Positions 50,601 to 60,102 of a stretch of 64,000 bases of DNA are shown here, piece after piece. Positions within the stretch are counted from its first letter, which is position 1. Each line of letters begins with the position of its first letter. Source of the DNA: Bacteroidia bacterium (lineage in GTDB: Bacteria > Bacteroidota > Bacteroidia > UKL13-3); assembly GCA_041665785.1 (NCBI GenBank), contig JBAYIE010000006.1, positions 38,021-102,020 on the forward strand, written 5' to 3'. A model generated the notes under the pieces. That model searched no databases. It saw only the letters and a list, made by a program, of their open reading frames with translations, and was not told where the DNA came from. Position numbers and translations under genes: made by a program.

Positions 50601-53600
50601 ATTGGTGACCGGAGTAATATATCCTCTGTCTATCCAGTTTCCTCCGTTAAAATTATACAACATTCGGATAACAGTGGTATCCGATGCAACATTCATCGAA
50701 ACAGTATAATTCATGCCCATACAGGTTGATAGTGGTACTACCGGCGATCTTGCATTGTTATTTCCCAATACAACAGGATTGATGGTTACGGTAAGTTTTG
50801 CAGTTGTATCTAAACGGCATGTGGAATTGTTGTTGATGATGGCTACATAATCGCGTGTAACGGTTGTTCCTACATAGGTGTTGTAATCTGAAATATTGTT
50901 GGAATTGCCATTCAATAATACCGTCCACGATTTATTGTTATCGCGCGAGAGCCATCGTACAATTGAATTGCCACTTCCTGCTGTAACTGCAATGCTTTGA
51001 ACAGGTGAGCCGGCACAAACATTTACAGAGGTAGCGGTTGGAACTTTTGAAATATCCGTACCTGCAATTTTTGGAGAAATGGTAATGGTTACAGCATTCG
51101 TAGTGTCGTAGCTGCAATTCTTTAAGAGTATTACTTTGTATTGCCGGGTGGTTACATTGCTGAAATAGGTATTGTTATCGTTGATACTGGATGCTGAGGT
51201 AACAGAATGCGTAAACCATTCACCATTATTATCCTTGTATAACCAGCGTTGAATGGTAGAACCCGCTACACTTAAACTGATACCAGCGGTATTTCCGGCA
51301 CAGATCGACGCGTTCGTTGTAGTAGGTGTTGCTGCGCTTAATCCTCCGGTATAATTACGTAAGAATACACTATCCATTCGAGTTGAATCAGAAATACAGG
51401 AGCTCGTCGAAACAACAATGGCTCTGTAAAAACGCCAGGTGGAAGAGGCAACTGCTGTATTGGTATGGTTAAAGAATGATGTACTGCTTGAAGGTATTAC
51501 CTGCCAGCTCATTTTATTGTCATCACTGAAGAGCCACCGTTCGATGTAAAAGGAGGTGCTGACGCTCATACTTACAGTGTTTCCGGCACAAACAGTATCT
51601 GCTGAATTCACAAATGCAGCCAATCCGCTAATTCCATAAGTTTTATTTTTAATAAAAACATCTTTTACGCGATTTAGAGTGTCGTAACTGCAGGTGGCTC
51701 CTTTCAATACAATCGCTGTATAGCTCTTAATGGTTCCCGGAGGATATAAGGTCGTATTATCGGTGATACTGGAGGACTGGGTGGAGGAAGTGAAATTCTG
51801 CCAATTGCTTTTGTTAATGGCATACAACCATTTCCAAACAGAATTTCCATTGCCTGGTGATAAACTCAGACCTAAGTTGGTTCCTGCACATATGGTATCG
51901 AAAGCTGATATGCTGATACTGGAATCATTTCCGTAACTGATCGCTTTGATAATTACAGCTACCGCTTGTGTGCTGTCAAAATCACAGGAACTGGTATCAC
52001 TGATAATAGCCCGGTACAACCGCGTAACGGAATTGGAAACTTGCGTTAAATTATGGGTATAAGCATGTACATCTGAATTGTACGCATTCACCCAGGGACC
52101 GGTTACCCCATTGTCGCTGTATGTCCAGCGTTGCACTGTATACACACTGGAAGTTGGTACACTCAGGGAAACCGTAGATCCTGAACACATGGATGTCTTG
52201 TTTGTTGTTGGCAAAATAGCACGGTTACTGATATTCGAACCCTGAGGTTGAATCAATAGGGTTAATGCTGAAGTGGTGTCAGCCTGACACGTATTCGTAT
52301 TGTTTACAATGGTGCGGTATGAGCGGCTGACAGGTTCTGCGACCCATGAATTCAAATCGGTTATTGTACTGTTGGTATTGTTGTTTGTGAACATGTTTCT
52401 CCATTCGCCGTTATTATCGGTAGTGATCCACTTTGCAATCGTGTAACCCGAAGAAATATTTTTCAGTGCAATATCAACGGGTGTTCTGTAACACCAGATG
52501 TTTCGGGTGCTCGAAGGCTGCAAACTGCTGATATTACCACGTACCAATGGACTGATGAGTATATTAACTGCATTGGACGTATCGATGGAACAAGCTACCG
52601 GGTTCGTGATAATGGCACGATAAGCCCGGTTAACCGGACTACTTCCGTTGATATTGTATTCTATAATACTGCTTGCATTCGTTGTATAACCAAAATCTTC
52701 CCAATCGCCATTGTTGGAACTCATCACCCATTTCAAAACCGTTCCGGTATAGGTGCCTGAATTGAGGTAAATTTGCGGCGTTGTACTGCGGTTACATACC
52801 GATGAAACACTGGAGAGAGGCGTTACGGAAACTTGTCCGCGAACACTTGGATTGATAGTCACGCTGTATGCTGTCGATGAATCATAACTGCAAGCATTGG
52901 TATTGTCAACAATCACGCGGTACGACCGGGTAGTTGTAACAGGAACATAGGTATTGGTATGAGAATAAGAATTGGTTGCCGATGATGGAATTTCATTCCA
53001 GGCCCCATTCAGGTTGTCGCGGTAGATCCATCTGCGAACACTGCCTGCAGTTGGCAGCGTATTGGAAATAACATTCACTCCAACCGGTGATGTACTGCAG
53101 AAAATACCGGAAGCAGAAGTAATGGCTACTGCACCAGCGTTTCCTTTTGTGCGTGCATTGATTTGCACGGATACTGCAGCTGTAGTGTCATATGAACAAC
53201 CATTGGTATAAGTAATAGCGCGGTACGACCTTGACGTGTTGGCCAAAACCTGCGTATTGGATTCATAAAAATTGGTTGTTGAACTGGAACTGCTTATTTC
53301 TAACCATGGTCCGGTTTGGTTATTGCGATAAATCCATTTTTGAATATTGTTGCCAACTAAAGAAACATTGAATGTATTGCCACTGCAAATACTTACTGTG
53401 TTAGCAGTAGGTTGCAAAGCCGGAGCATTACCGTAACCATAAGGTTTGAGTTGTACCGACAAAATCTGCGTTGTATCTATGCTACAGGTTCCCTGTCTTA
53501 CCAAAAAAGCACGGTAATCACGATTAGTAGCTGAATTCACATAGGATTTGTTATCATATAAATAGGTTGATGCAGTTGAGCTCGCAAATTCTGACCAGTT

Positions 53601-56141
53601 ACCACCATTGTCGCGATACATCCATTTTTGCACAGACCCTGAATAGTTGTTGAGGTAAACCGTTAAGGTTGAACCTGAACAATTCACTGTTGAATTGGTA
53701 ATTGGAGTGTGCGAACTTGTTGTTCCATTCATCAAGGGTGATAATACCACTGTAACAGCGTTGGAGGTGTCTGTTGTACAGGTATTATTGTTGTTGATTA
53801 CAACTTTATATTCCCGATTGGTTTGAGTCAATACACGTGTTCCTGCCGTGCTTTCGGTGTATGTAAAAGAGGTGCCGGTCAAATTTTTCCAATCACCTCC
53901 ATTGTCGCGCGACATCCACCTAACCACACTAAATCCGCTCAGAGAAGCACAGGTAATTTGCAAACTTGTTCCACTGCATATGGCATTTGAACTGGCTGTA
54001 GGTAAGATATTGGGATTGTTTTGCCCCACACGTTGATTTACCATTAGGGTTATCGATTGCGTAGTATCGTATTTGCACATTCCCTGATTGTAAAGAATTA
54101 CACGGTATGTTTTACTGGGATTATTTGTGCTGGTATAATCACTTGGATTGGTGGAGTTATACCCGAATGCATACCAGTTTTGAGAAGCTAATTCTCTTCC
54201 AATCCAATTGCTTACCGTATACCCGGTTGGCGGTACAATTCCCAGTTGCGTATTGTTTCCATTGCAAATGTCCGACTGCGTGGAGTAGGGAGTTACAGCC
54301 AATGAACCTCTGATTAACGGATTGATCTCCACATGTACTTCATTGGAAGTATCCAGGCGAAGTGTTTCCAGATTTTTTATCAAGGCACGGTAACTGCGTA
54401 TGGTTTGTGAATTCAGGCTTCCTGTATTATTGTCGTAAAAGGTTGTATTGGTTTGTGCAGATAACACATTCCAGTCGCCGGTTTTATTATCGCGATAAAT
54501 CCAACGGCCAATCAACATACCTGTTGGCAGCGAAATGTATCCGCTTACCTGTGCACCAACACAATAGGCTGGTTGGTTGATGATGGGTGTAATATCTGCC
54601 AATCCTCCGGGTGCAGGCAATTTGATCAAAACCTGAACTGCCGGTGTTGTATCTATACGGCATTGAATGGTATTGTTGAGCAATACCCGGTAAGCACGTT
54701 GTGTATTGCTGCTCATGTTGGTATTGTTGTCGGTGTAGGTATATCCTGAACCCAGCTGTACCCAATTGCCGGTATTGTTATTACGGTATATCCAATAGCT
54801 AACCGGTGTACCATCGCTAATCTGCAATTTTACCTGTGCCCCTGCACATACTTCTGTTAATGAGGTTGCGGGAATGGCCTTGTTTGTAATTCCTCTCCGG
54901 TTAGCTCTTACGGTGTAAAAAACCGAAGCTGAAGTATCATAACTGCAATTCAAAGAAGCATTGTTCACCACAGCACGCACTTCACGCGTAAGATCATTTA
55001 AAATATTGCTGTTGCTGGTAAGTGATGCGGTAGTGCTATTGCTGAAATTCGTCCACGGCCCGGTTGCGCTATCTCTGTAATACCATGATCGGGATGATGG
55101 CCCCTGCATTTGAAATGTTTGGTTACTCCCGGCACAAACATCAATCAAACTGCCTGTAATCTGAGGTACCATATTCAACAGATAGCGGCGTTGTGCCGCC
55201 TGAATAAACAAGGAAACTTCATCCGATGTATCAGCACTGCAGGTATTGGAATTCAGGAGTACTACTTTATAACTACGGTTGATTGACGCAGAAACTGCCG
55301 TGTTATAATCGATTGCAGTAGTGGTGGCTGAACTAAAAACATTCCATGAGGTAGCACTTCCATCCCGGTACAACCAGTTGCCGATCTCCATGGGCCATTC
55401 CAATTGTAAACTCACACTGCTTCCCCCGCATATTTGCTGTTGTGTCAAAATCGGTTTAATATTTACATTGTTTCCGGCAACCACCGGATTTATTTGTATA
55501 GCTACGCTTGCTGAAGAATCCAGTTCACATGTAGCCGGATCCTTTACCATAACCCTGAATTCGCGCAGGGTATTGATATTCACATAAGGCATTTGTATGT
55601 TGAGTGATTGGCTGCTGCTGTTGATATACACCATCCAGCTTCCTCCATTATCGCGGTAAATCCATTGCGTTATCTGTGTACCCGCATTCATGATTCTCAA
55701 TGTCACAGTGCTTCCGCCACATGCCTGATAAGCAGAAGCCGATAATGAAATTCCATCGTTGTTTCCATAAGATGGAGGTACCACATTTACATCGACTCCA
55801 TCTGTAGTATCACTTGCACATGAAGCGGTTGTTACAATCGCTCTGAATGTGCGTACGGTTGGCACCGTTTGCGACATATAAAAATTGATATTGTCGCTGT
55901 TGGTATTGTACGCAATCCAACTACCGGTATTATTATCGCGGTAAACCCAACGGGTAACCGGTAAACCAGTAGCATACACGTATACGGTATTGCCCGAACA
56001 AATAGTTTCGTTTGATACGGTTGGTTTATAATTCGCCACTGCTCCACACTGTGCCCACGACGTTCCATAATTGGTCAACAGCAAACCAAAAATCAGCAGG
56101 AAAGAATACACAGATTTAAAAAGGATGTCGAAGTTTTTCAT
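47640..56141 (-). CDS. Giant (2833 aa) T9SS-secreted protein composed of about 27 divergent tandem ~100-aa repeats; probable adhesin or surface protein.
   Basis: Signal peptide MKNFDILFKSVYSFLLIFGLLLTNYGTSWAQ. Each repeat carries W(L/I)YRDN.G.W, R.YRA(I/V) and C..DTS..V.V.I.P motifs (for example WIYRDNKTGDW, WLYKDNNGEW, WMYRDNGGNW). C-terminal IYPNPSGDGHVTVSL...GVYWINLRIDN sorting domain. Confidence 0.8.
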   Translation of the reverse strand: MKNFDILFKSVYSFLLIFGLLLTNYGTSWAQCGAVANYKPTVSNETICSGNTVYVYATGLPVTRWVYRDNNTGSWIAYNTNSDNINFYMSQTVPTVRTFRAIVTTASCASDTTDGVDVNVVPPSYGNNDGISLSASAYQACGGSTVTLRIMNAGTQITQWIYRDNGGSWMVYINSSSQSLNIQMPYVNINTLREFRVMVKDPATCELDSSASVAIQINPVVAGNNVNIKPILTQQQICGGSSVSLQLEWPMEIGNWLYRDGSATSWNVFSSATTTAIDYNTAVSASINRSYKVVLLNSNTCSADTSDEVSLFIQAAQRRYLLNMVPQITGSLIDVCAGSNQTFQMQGPSSRSWYYRDSATGPWTNFSNSTTASLTSNSNILNDLTREVRAVVNNASLNCSYDTSASVFYTVRANRRGITNKAIPATSLTEVCAGAQVKLQISDGTPVSYWIYRNNNTGNWVQLGSGYTYTDNNTNMSSNTQRAYRVLLNNTIQCRIDTTPAVQVLIKLPAPGGLADITPIINQPAYCVGAQVSGYISLPTGMLIGRWIYRDNKTGDWNVLSAQTNTTFYDNNTGSLNSQTIRSYRALIKNLETLRLDTSNEVHVEINPLIRGSLAVTPYSTQSDICNGNNTQLGIVPPTGYTVSNWIGRELASQNWYAFGYNSTNPSDYTSTNNPSKTYRVILYNQGMCKYDTTQSITLMVNQRVGQNNPNILPTASSNAICSGTSLQITCASLSGFSVVRWMSRDNGGDWKNLTGTSFTYTESTAGTRVLTQTNREYKVVINNNNTCTTDTSNAVTVVLSPLMNGTTSSHTPITNSTVNCSGSTLTVYLNNYSGSVQKWMYRDNGGNWSEFASSTASTYLYDNKSYVNSATNRDYRAFLVRQGTCSIDTTQILSVQLKPYGYGNAPALQPTANTVSICSGNTFNVSLVGNNIQKWIYRNNQTGPWLEISSSSSTTNFYESNTQVLANTSRSYRAITYTNGCSYDTTAAVSVQINARTKGNAGAVAITSASGIFCSTSPVGVNVISNTLPTAGSVRRWIYRDNLNGAWNEIPSSATNSYSHTNTYVPVTTTRSYRVIVDNTNACSYDSSTAYSVTINPSVRGQVSVTPLSSVSSVCNRSTTPQIYLNSGTYTGTVLKWVMSSNNGDWEDFGYTTNASSIIEYNINGSSPVNRAYRAIITNPVACSIDTSNAVNILISPLVRGNISSLQPSSTRNIWCYRTPVDIALKNISSGYTIAKWITTDNNGEWRNMFTNNNTNSTITDLNSWVAEPVSRSYRTIVNNTNTCQADTTSALTLLIQPQGSNISNRAILPTTNKTSMCSGSTVSLSVPTSSVYTVQRWTYSDNGVTGPWVNAYNSDVHAYTHNLTQVSNSVTRLYRAIISDTSSCDFDSTQAVAVIIKAISYGNDSSISISAFDTICAGTNLGLSLSPGNGNSVWKWLYAINKSNWQNFTSSTQSSSITDNTTLYPPGTIKSYTAIVLKGATCSYDTLNRVKDVFIKNKTYGISGLAAFVNSADTVCAGNTVSMSVSTSFYIERWLFSDDNKMSWQVIPSSSTSFFNHTNTAVASSTWRFYRAIVVSTSSCISDSTRMDSVFLRNYTGGLSAATPTTTNASICAGNTAGISLSVAGSTIQRWLYKDNNGEWFTHSVTSASSINDNNTYFSNVTTRQYKVILLKNCSYDTTNAVTITISPKIAGTDISKVPTATSVNVCAGSPVQSIAVTAGSGNSIVRWLSRDNNKSWTVLLNGNSNNISDYNTYVGTTVTRDYVAIINNNSTCRLDTTAKLTVTINPVVLGNNNARSPVVPLSTCMGMNYTVSMNVASDTTVIRMLYNFNGGNWIDRGYITPVTNYQFGEFAASQQNSYTMGYRAILYKAGNCRIDTTAASVITINPKTYGNDNSIVPTSQSGSNVCSGNSFNININAGSGNFVQYWLYSEDLGPWIPMYSSLSGIIQSVNTVSLVNRRYRAIISKSNSCTLDTSGEVSVYINPLIYGTDTFSSTAINGNKGVCTGSFIDVDAYGLSGVQLNTWLYRDGYSGAWNNMHRYSISITDYNTNTTNAINRQYALLIYKSASCRYDTTSINDTAFISPRMLGTDTNIMVTSNGGSYCTGTPVILGTSGLGSHTVQSWLYSNNNGPWMTLYSGSATTLTDYNTTVSAPVTRAYRIIIKNNNSCSMDSSAVKTVSINPRTIGIDNTIVPAVASTSICSGATINLSVNPGSGNSIQRWMQNTDNGGWTNLAITSATSLNDYATQTSTGFTRQYKVVVVKGAGCPTDTSASVGVNVSAIGYGNQNTVVPALSNSNVCSGALVTITLGSFNGSSVKYWMYRDNPTDNWQILNITSSSWSDVNTQTSSLLVRQYRALVINSSGCSFDTTAPATVTINPIQNGVNATTAQASQLTVCSGNPVNVFINTPVGYTIQQWLFRNTGEEWQYLNAGSAASINDFNTQVSSNIIREYRTLLNNTSGCSIDSSGVVTVNINIITNGSNLAIMPASNNTSICAGTPAIINVSGFSGSVVKWLFRDSVANFWTAINDNGFTLYHTSTNVSYTKVREYRAIIFNTANCSYDTTGTLQITINPQLQGNANSVVPTSTATIYCTGNSIAVTASGFINGGVVTGWIFKDNAGSWIPIAGSANEMYTHTNTTVSAFVSRQYRALVHTGCSTDTTASLTVTIDVLPVKPVVTRNGSSDTLVCSVTAATYQWKLNGNNISGANSKNLIATQNGNYSVETGNASNCKSISDAFNFIKSGLMDLDLLNAARIYPNPSGDGHVTVSLQDIAAFRVSIEVVDVLGKVIYKGEKELNAGSFNLDLSGQSSGVYWINLRIDNSVTNKRIVINR

Positions 56142-56177
56142 AAAGTCAGCATTTAAATTTGAATGGGGTCAGTTAAT

Positions 56178-56185
56178 CAAATCTA
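56178..56185 (-). promoter_or_regulatory. Candidate -7 box (TAGATTTG on the minus strand) about 40 nt upstream of the giant gene start.
   Basis: The minus strand reads tatagatttgattaactgacc...atg, matching the Bacteroidetes TAnnTTTG consensus. Confidence 0.3.
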
Positions 56186-56297
56186 TATGATTTCTTACGG
56201 AAAAAGGTTCACACCAGCTGAAGAATTAAGAAAGTGGCTTCCTTTTTTATGTATAAGGTATGGAATGCGTATGAGGCAACGACATTCCGTATAAACT

Positions 56298-57608
56298 TCA
56301 TTTACCCAAGGCCTTTTTGTAAACCATCATACAACGTTCACGGGCAGCAACATGATTTACGATAGGTTCCGGGTAATCCGGAGTATTTAATTCAGGCAGC
56401 CATTTGCGGATAAATTCAAATCCCGGGTCAAATTTCTTTTGTTGGCTTTCGGGATTGAAAATCCGGAAATACGGTGCTGCATCATTTCCACAACCTGCCA
56501 CCCATTGCCAGCCTCCGTTATTGGCGCTAAAATCGAAATCGAGGAGCTGCTGTGCAAACCAGGCCTCACCCCATCGCCAGTCGATCAGCAAATGTTTTAC
56601 CAGAAAACTGGCTGCTACCATGCGTACGCGGTTGTGCATGAAACCGGTTTGAAGGAGTTCACGCATTCCGGCATCAACCAGCGGATAACCGGTTTTGCCT
56701 GCACGCCATCGGGCAAATTGCATTTCATCGTTGATCCATAAAATCTGATCGTAATGCGCTTTAAACGATTTGCCTTCTCCCACTTGCGGAAATTGATCGA
56801 GGATCATGAAATAAAAATCGCGCCAGATCAGCTCGTTTAAAAATGCAGATGAATTTGCTTGTGCCTGCCTCACCAGTTCACGGATACTGATGGTGCCAAA
56901 ACGTAAATGCACGCCTAATCGTGTAGTGCCTTGCAGGGCTGGATAATTTCTGTTCGCTGCATAATTCAGTAACATTTTTTCGTCGAAAACAGTTGGAGGA
57001 ATTTCTGCTGTGCAATTTTTAAAACCCAGTTGTTCCAGTGTAAGAAAAGGCAAACCTGATATTTTATACAACGCTGAAGTATGATCCTGGCTTGGATATT
57101 CCGCCACACCGGCTTCTTTCAAATGAAGCAACCATTTTTTGGAATAAGGTGTAAAAACAGTAAAGGGTTGCCCATTGTCTTTGGCTATTTCCAACCCTTC
57201 GAACAGGCATTGATCTTTGTAGACATGAAAGGATGCCCCATTCGTTTGGGCCAGATGCTCAATGTGTCTGTCGCGCTCCTTGGCATAAGGTTCATAATCA
57301 CGATTAAGAAAAATATGTTTGATCGGATATTGCTCAAACAAACTTTTCCATACTTCCCGCGGGGATCCATGCAACACCAATAAATCGCTTCCCAATGCAT
57401 TCAGTTCAGATTTTAAAAGTTGCAATTGACGGTGAATAAACACTATCCTTCTATCGCTTTTATTTTCTATCGCATCCAGAATTTCTGTATCAAAAATAAA
57501 AACGGGCAATACCGGCAATCCGCTCTTCAATGCATGGTAAAGTCCATGATTGTCGTGCAAACGCAAATCGCGTCGAAACCAAAAAACAGAAATGGGGGGA
57601 GTTTGCAT
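56298..57608 (-). CDS. Deoxyribodipyrimidine photo-lyase / cryptochrome family protein.
   Basis: VFWFRRDLRLHDNHGLYHAL N-terminus and a C-terminal FAD-binding region (WREFY-like RDFYFMILDQFP...GGWQWVAGCGNDAAPYFRIFNP). Confidence 0.85.
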   Translation of the reverse strand: MQTPPISVFWFRRDLRLHDNHGLYHALKSGLPVLPVFIFDTEILDAIENKSDRRIVFIHRQLQLLKSELNALGSDLLVLHGSPREVWKSLFEQYPIKHIFLNRDYEPYAKERDRHIEHLAQTNGASFHVYKDQCLFEGLEIAKDNGQPFTVFTPYSKKWLLHLKEAGVAEYPSQDHTSALYKISGLPFLTLEQLGFKNCTAEIPPTVFDEKMLLNYAANRNYPALQGTTRLGVHLRFGTISIRELVRQAQANSSAFLNELIWRDFYFMILDQFPQVGEGKSFKAHYDQILWINDEMQFARWRAGKTGYPLVDAGMRELLQTGFMHNRVRMVAASFLVKHLLIDWRWGEAWFAQQLLDFDFSANNGGWQWVAGCGNDAAPYFRIFNPESQQKKFDPGFEFIRKWLPELNTPDYPEPIVNHVAARERCMMVYKKALGK

Positions 57609-57645
57609 GCCGGGTTAGAATTAAACAATAGCGGCTGCTAAATGT

Positions 57646-58143
57646 TTATCCTACCGAACGGATTTTCTTTTCGATCGAAGTAGTGGAATACCCGGGAAGA
57701 AAATCTATGGTTTTTACTTCGCCGCCTTTAGCCACAACTATATCGTATCCTACTATATCTTCGGGCTTGTAATCACTTCCTTTTACCAAAACATCCGGTT
57801 GCACCACACGAATCAATTCGTAGGGCGTTTCTTCGTCAAATAATATTACCGCATCTACAAATGTCAGGGATGCCATAATAAAGAGGCGCGAATCTTCATT
57901 CTGTATAGGGCGGCCGGGTCCTTTAAGACGGCTCACCGAATGATCTGTATTGAGTGCTACAATCAGTTTATCGCCGAGGTCGGCTGCCTGCGAAAGATAA
58001 TCGACATGGCCTTTGTGCAACAAATCGAAACACCCGTTGGTAAAAACCACTTTGGCATGTTCGCGGTTCCAGAGTTCAAGTCGTTGCAACAATACTTCCC
58101 GGCTCTGACAAATCTTTGATTCAATATAGGCTTTATGCTTCAT
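57646..58143 (-). CDS. D-glycero-beta-D-manno-heptose 1-phosphate adenylyltransferase-like cytidylyltransferase (RfaE domain II family).
   Basis: VVFTNGCFDLLHKGHVDYL (HxGH). A 165-aa stand-alone domain. Confidence 0.75.
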   Translation of the reverse strand: MKHKAYIESKICQSREVLLQRLELWNREHAKVVFTNGCFDLLHKGHVDYLSQAADLGDKLIVALNTDHSVSRLKGPGRPIQNEDSRLFIMASLTFVDAVILFDEETPYELIRVVQPDVLVKGSDYKPEDIVGYDIVVAKGGEVKTIDFLPGYSTTSIEKKIRSVG

Positions 58144-59153
58144 GCTTCTTTGCTCAGCTGTTTGCGCTCTTGTATGAACGTGTAAATTAAGGAAAAAGTT
58201 CCGACTGCCAGAATCATGAGCATTTGCATGCCGTGTGAAACAAAACCAAAAACCCCGCCCCCCAGCGAACTTACTCCGTATAAGGCCAGTCCTTTAGCTA
58301 CAAAAATATGGTAAGCTCCGATACCGCCTGAAACCGGGGCTGCAAAACCAAATGTACCCACTACCAATATGCTCATTGCAGCCGAAATTCCAATGTGCGA
58401 CGTTTCATCGATGGCCATCAGGTAGCAATAGGTATTCAGAAAATACAATCCCCAAATCAATGCGGTTTGCAAAAAAAACATTCCCGGAGATTTCAATTTA
58501 AACACCGAAGCAAACCCATTTCCAAATCCCCGAATCAGGTTAACTATTTTTGCAATGAGGGTCATTTGCAACAGATGCACTCTACTCCGGTAAACCAAAT
58601 AACCAACCAACAGTAAAATCAGTAAAGCTATAACTCCATATGCAGCCGGGAATCCGGCAATTTTCTCTTCCAGGGGAGTAAAAAATGTTTCCGAAAAAAA
58701 ACTATACAAAGTGTCAAATTCGATCACCAATACACCGGCAGTCAATGCAAGCAAAATCAACATATCAAAGACCCGCTCCACCACAACGGTACCCAGCGAT
58801 TCATGCATGGGAATGCGATCGGTACGGTTTAAAATACCACAACGGCTCACCTCACCCATCCGGGGAATGGCAAAATTGAAGAGGTATCCGATCATCACGG
58901 CATTGAAAGCGTTCATGCCTGATGGTTTTTTGCCGAGTGGCTCCAGCATCAGGTTCCAGCGCAGGGCGCGCACCAGATGACTCGACAGGGAAACTGTAAC
59001 GGCCATGAAGATCCAGAAATAATTGGCATTGCGGAATCCGTCGAGCAGGGCTTCGTAATTAAGGTTGAGGTTTACGAATGCCAATACCAGCAGGCCCACA
59101 CCGAGGCCAAAAAAGAGGAGGAACTTAGCTATGGATTTAAGTTTTCCGGTCAA
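58140..59153 (-). CDS. Lysylphosphatidylglycerol-synthase-like transmembrane domain (UPF0104, flippase-like) protein.
   Basis: [29 protein letters not shown]...[26 protein letters not shown] is typical of UPF0104. Confidence 0.7.
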   Translation of the reverse strand: MTGKLKSIAKFLLFFGLGVGLLVLAFVNLNLNYEALLDGFRNANYFWIFMAVTVSLSSHLVRALRWNLMLEPLGKKPSGMNAFNAVMIGYLFNFAIPRMGEVSRCGILNRTDRIPMHESLGTVVVERVFDMLILLALTAGVLVIEFDTLYSFFSETFFTPLEEKIAGFPAAYGVIALLILLLVGYLVYRSRVHLLQMTLIAKIVNLIRGFGNGFASVFKLKSPGMFFLQTALIWGLYFLNTYCYLMAIDETSHIGISAAMSILVVGTFGFAAPVSGGIGAYHIFVAKGLALYGVSSLGGGVFGFVSHGMQMLMILAVGTFSLIYTFIQERKQLSKEA

Positions 59154-59500
59154 ACCGAAAGGCGGTTATTGTTATCGGGATATACAGCAACAGGCTTATA
59201 TTGTTTGGCTTCTTCGAAATCCATGGTGGCGTATGAAATGATAATGAGGTGATCTCCCACAAAGCCTTTACGGGCGGCAGGACCATTGAGGCAGATAATG
59301 CCTGAATTGCGCTCTCCCTTGATGATATAGGTTTCGAGGCGTTCGCCGTTGTTTACGTTCACTACCTGTACCTTCTCGTTTTCGATCATATTGGCTGCCT
59401 CCATCAATGCTTCATCGATGGTAATGCTACCCACGTAGTGCAACTCCGTTTCGGTAAGTTTGGCGCGGTGTATCTTGGATTTGAGTACTTCTATTTGCAT
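59150..59500 (-). CDS. panD: Aspartate 1-decarboxylase.
   Basis: [29 protein letters not shown] with the pyruvoyl-forming G-S cleavage site. Start chosen at MQIEV. The ORF track extends 29 codons further upstream. Confidence 0.85.
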   Translation of the reverse strand: MQIEVLKSKIHRAKLTETELHYVGSITIDEALMEAANMIENEKVQVVNVNNGERLETYIIKGERNSGIICLNGPAARKGFVGDHLIIISYATMDFEEAKQYKPVAVYPDNNNRLSV

Positions 59501-59607
59501 AAAATCGGTGCAAATGTAGGAGTAATATTTGATATTGCCTCGAAGCGAAACTATGAGTACCTTCGTCCCCTTGTATAAACTCACCATCTACGAGGTTATA
59601 CAAACTA

Positions 59608-59694
59608 CGGAGAGTTGTCAGAGTGGCCGAACGAGCGCGCTTGGAAAGCGCGTATACTGTAACAGGTATCGAGGGTTCGAATCCCTCACTCTCC
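59608..59694 (+). tRNA. tRNA-Ser (anticodon GGA), type II with a long variable arm.
   Basis: ggagagt acceptor stem pairs with actctcc. Anticodon stem gcgcgc / gcgcgt with loop ttGGAaa. TTCGAAT T-loop. Near-identical in architecture to E. coli tRNA-Ser(GGA). Confidence 0.85.
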
Positions 59695-59701
59695 GCAAAC
59701 C

Positions 59702-59730
59702 CAAAATCCCGCTTTTGCGGGATTTTGTAC
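59702..59730 (+). terminator. Hairpin immediately after tRNA-Ser.
   Basis: aaaatcccgcttttgcgggatttt: a 10-bp stem with a 4-nt loop. Confidence 0.55.
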
Positions 59731-59736
59731 GTTAAC

Positions 59737-60003
59737 GAGCACTGCGTCAAAAGCCCCAAAGCTTTTGTAAGCAGGGCGAAGTGAACGTACAACAAATTCC
59801 CGCCTAGGGAATTTGGGTTTGTTTCTCCCCCCAACGGGATCGCGCGCCAGCGCAATCTTTCCTGATTAGTTAGTTTCCGATAGCACTGCGTCAAAAGCCC
59901 CAAAGCTTTTGTAAGCAGGGCGAAGTGAACGTACAACAAATTCCCGTCTAGGGAATTTGGGTTTGTTTCTCCACCCAATGGGATCGCGCGTTAGCGCAAT
60001 CTT
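59737..60003. repeat. Two tandem direct copies of a ~122-bp element (59737..59859 and 59882..60003) downstream of tRNA-Ser.
   Basis: agcactgcgtcaaaagccccaaagcttttgtaagcagggcgaagtgaacgtacaacaaattcccg(c/t)ctagggaatttgggtttgtttctcc(c/a)ccca(ac/at)gggatcgcgcg(cc/tt)agcgcaatctt. Copies differ at about 6 positions. Each contains aattcccgNctagggaatt and aaagc..gcttt hairpins. Confidence 0.8.
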
Positions 60004-60102
60004 AAAGTATTATTTATATGTAAAATGCAATTCTTTTGAAGGATTCCCAAAAATATGCACCACCCATATTTCAATTTAAATTTGAATAAATCCAATATAG
60101 TT

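Noticed and set aside
47640-56141. Dozens of 60-180-aa ORFs on both strands inside the giant gene
   Set aside because: All are embedded in one continuous 2833-aa reading frame with a signal peptide, a regular repeat structure and a T9SS C-terminal domain. The internal ORFs are chance frames.
59427-59978. 183-aa minus-strand ORF
   Set aside because: It overlaps tRNA-Ser and the tandem 122-bp repeats. The protein sequence is itself internally repeated, reflecting the DNA repeat. Not a gene.
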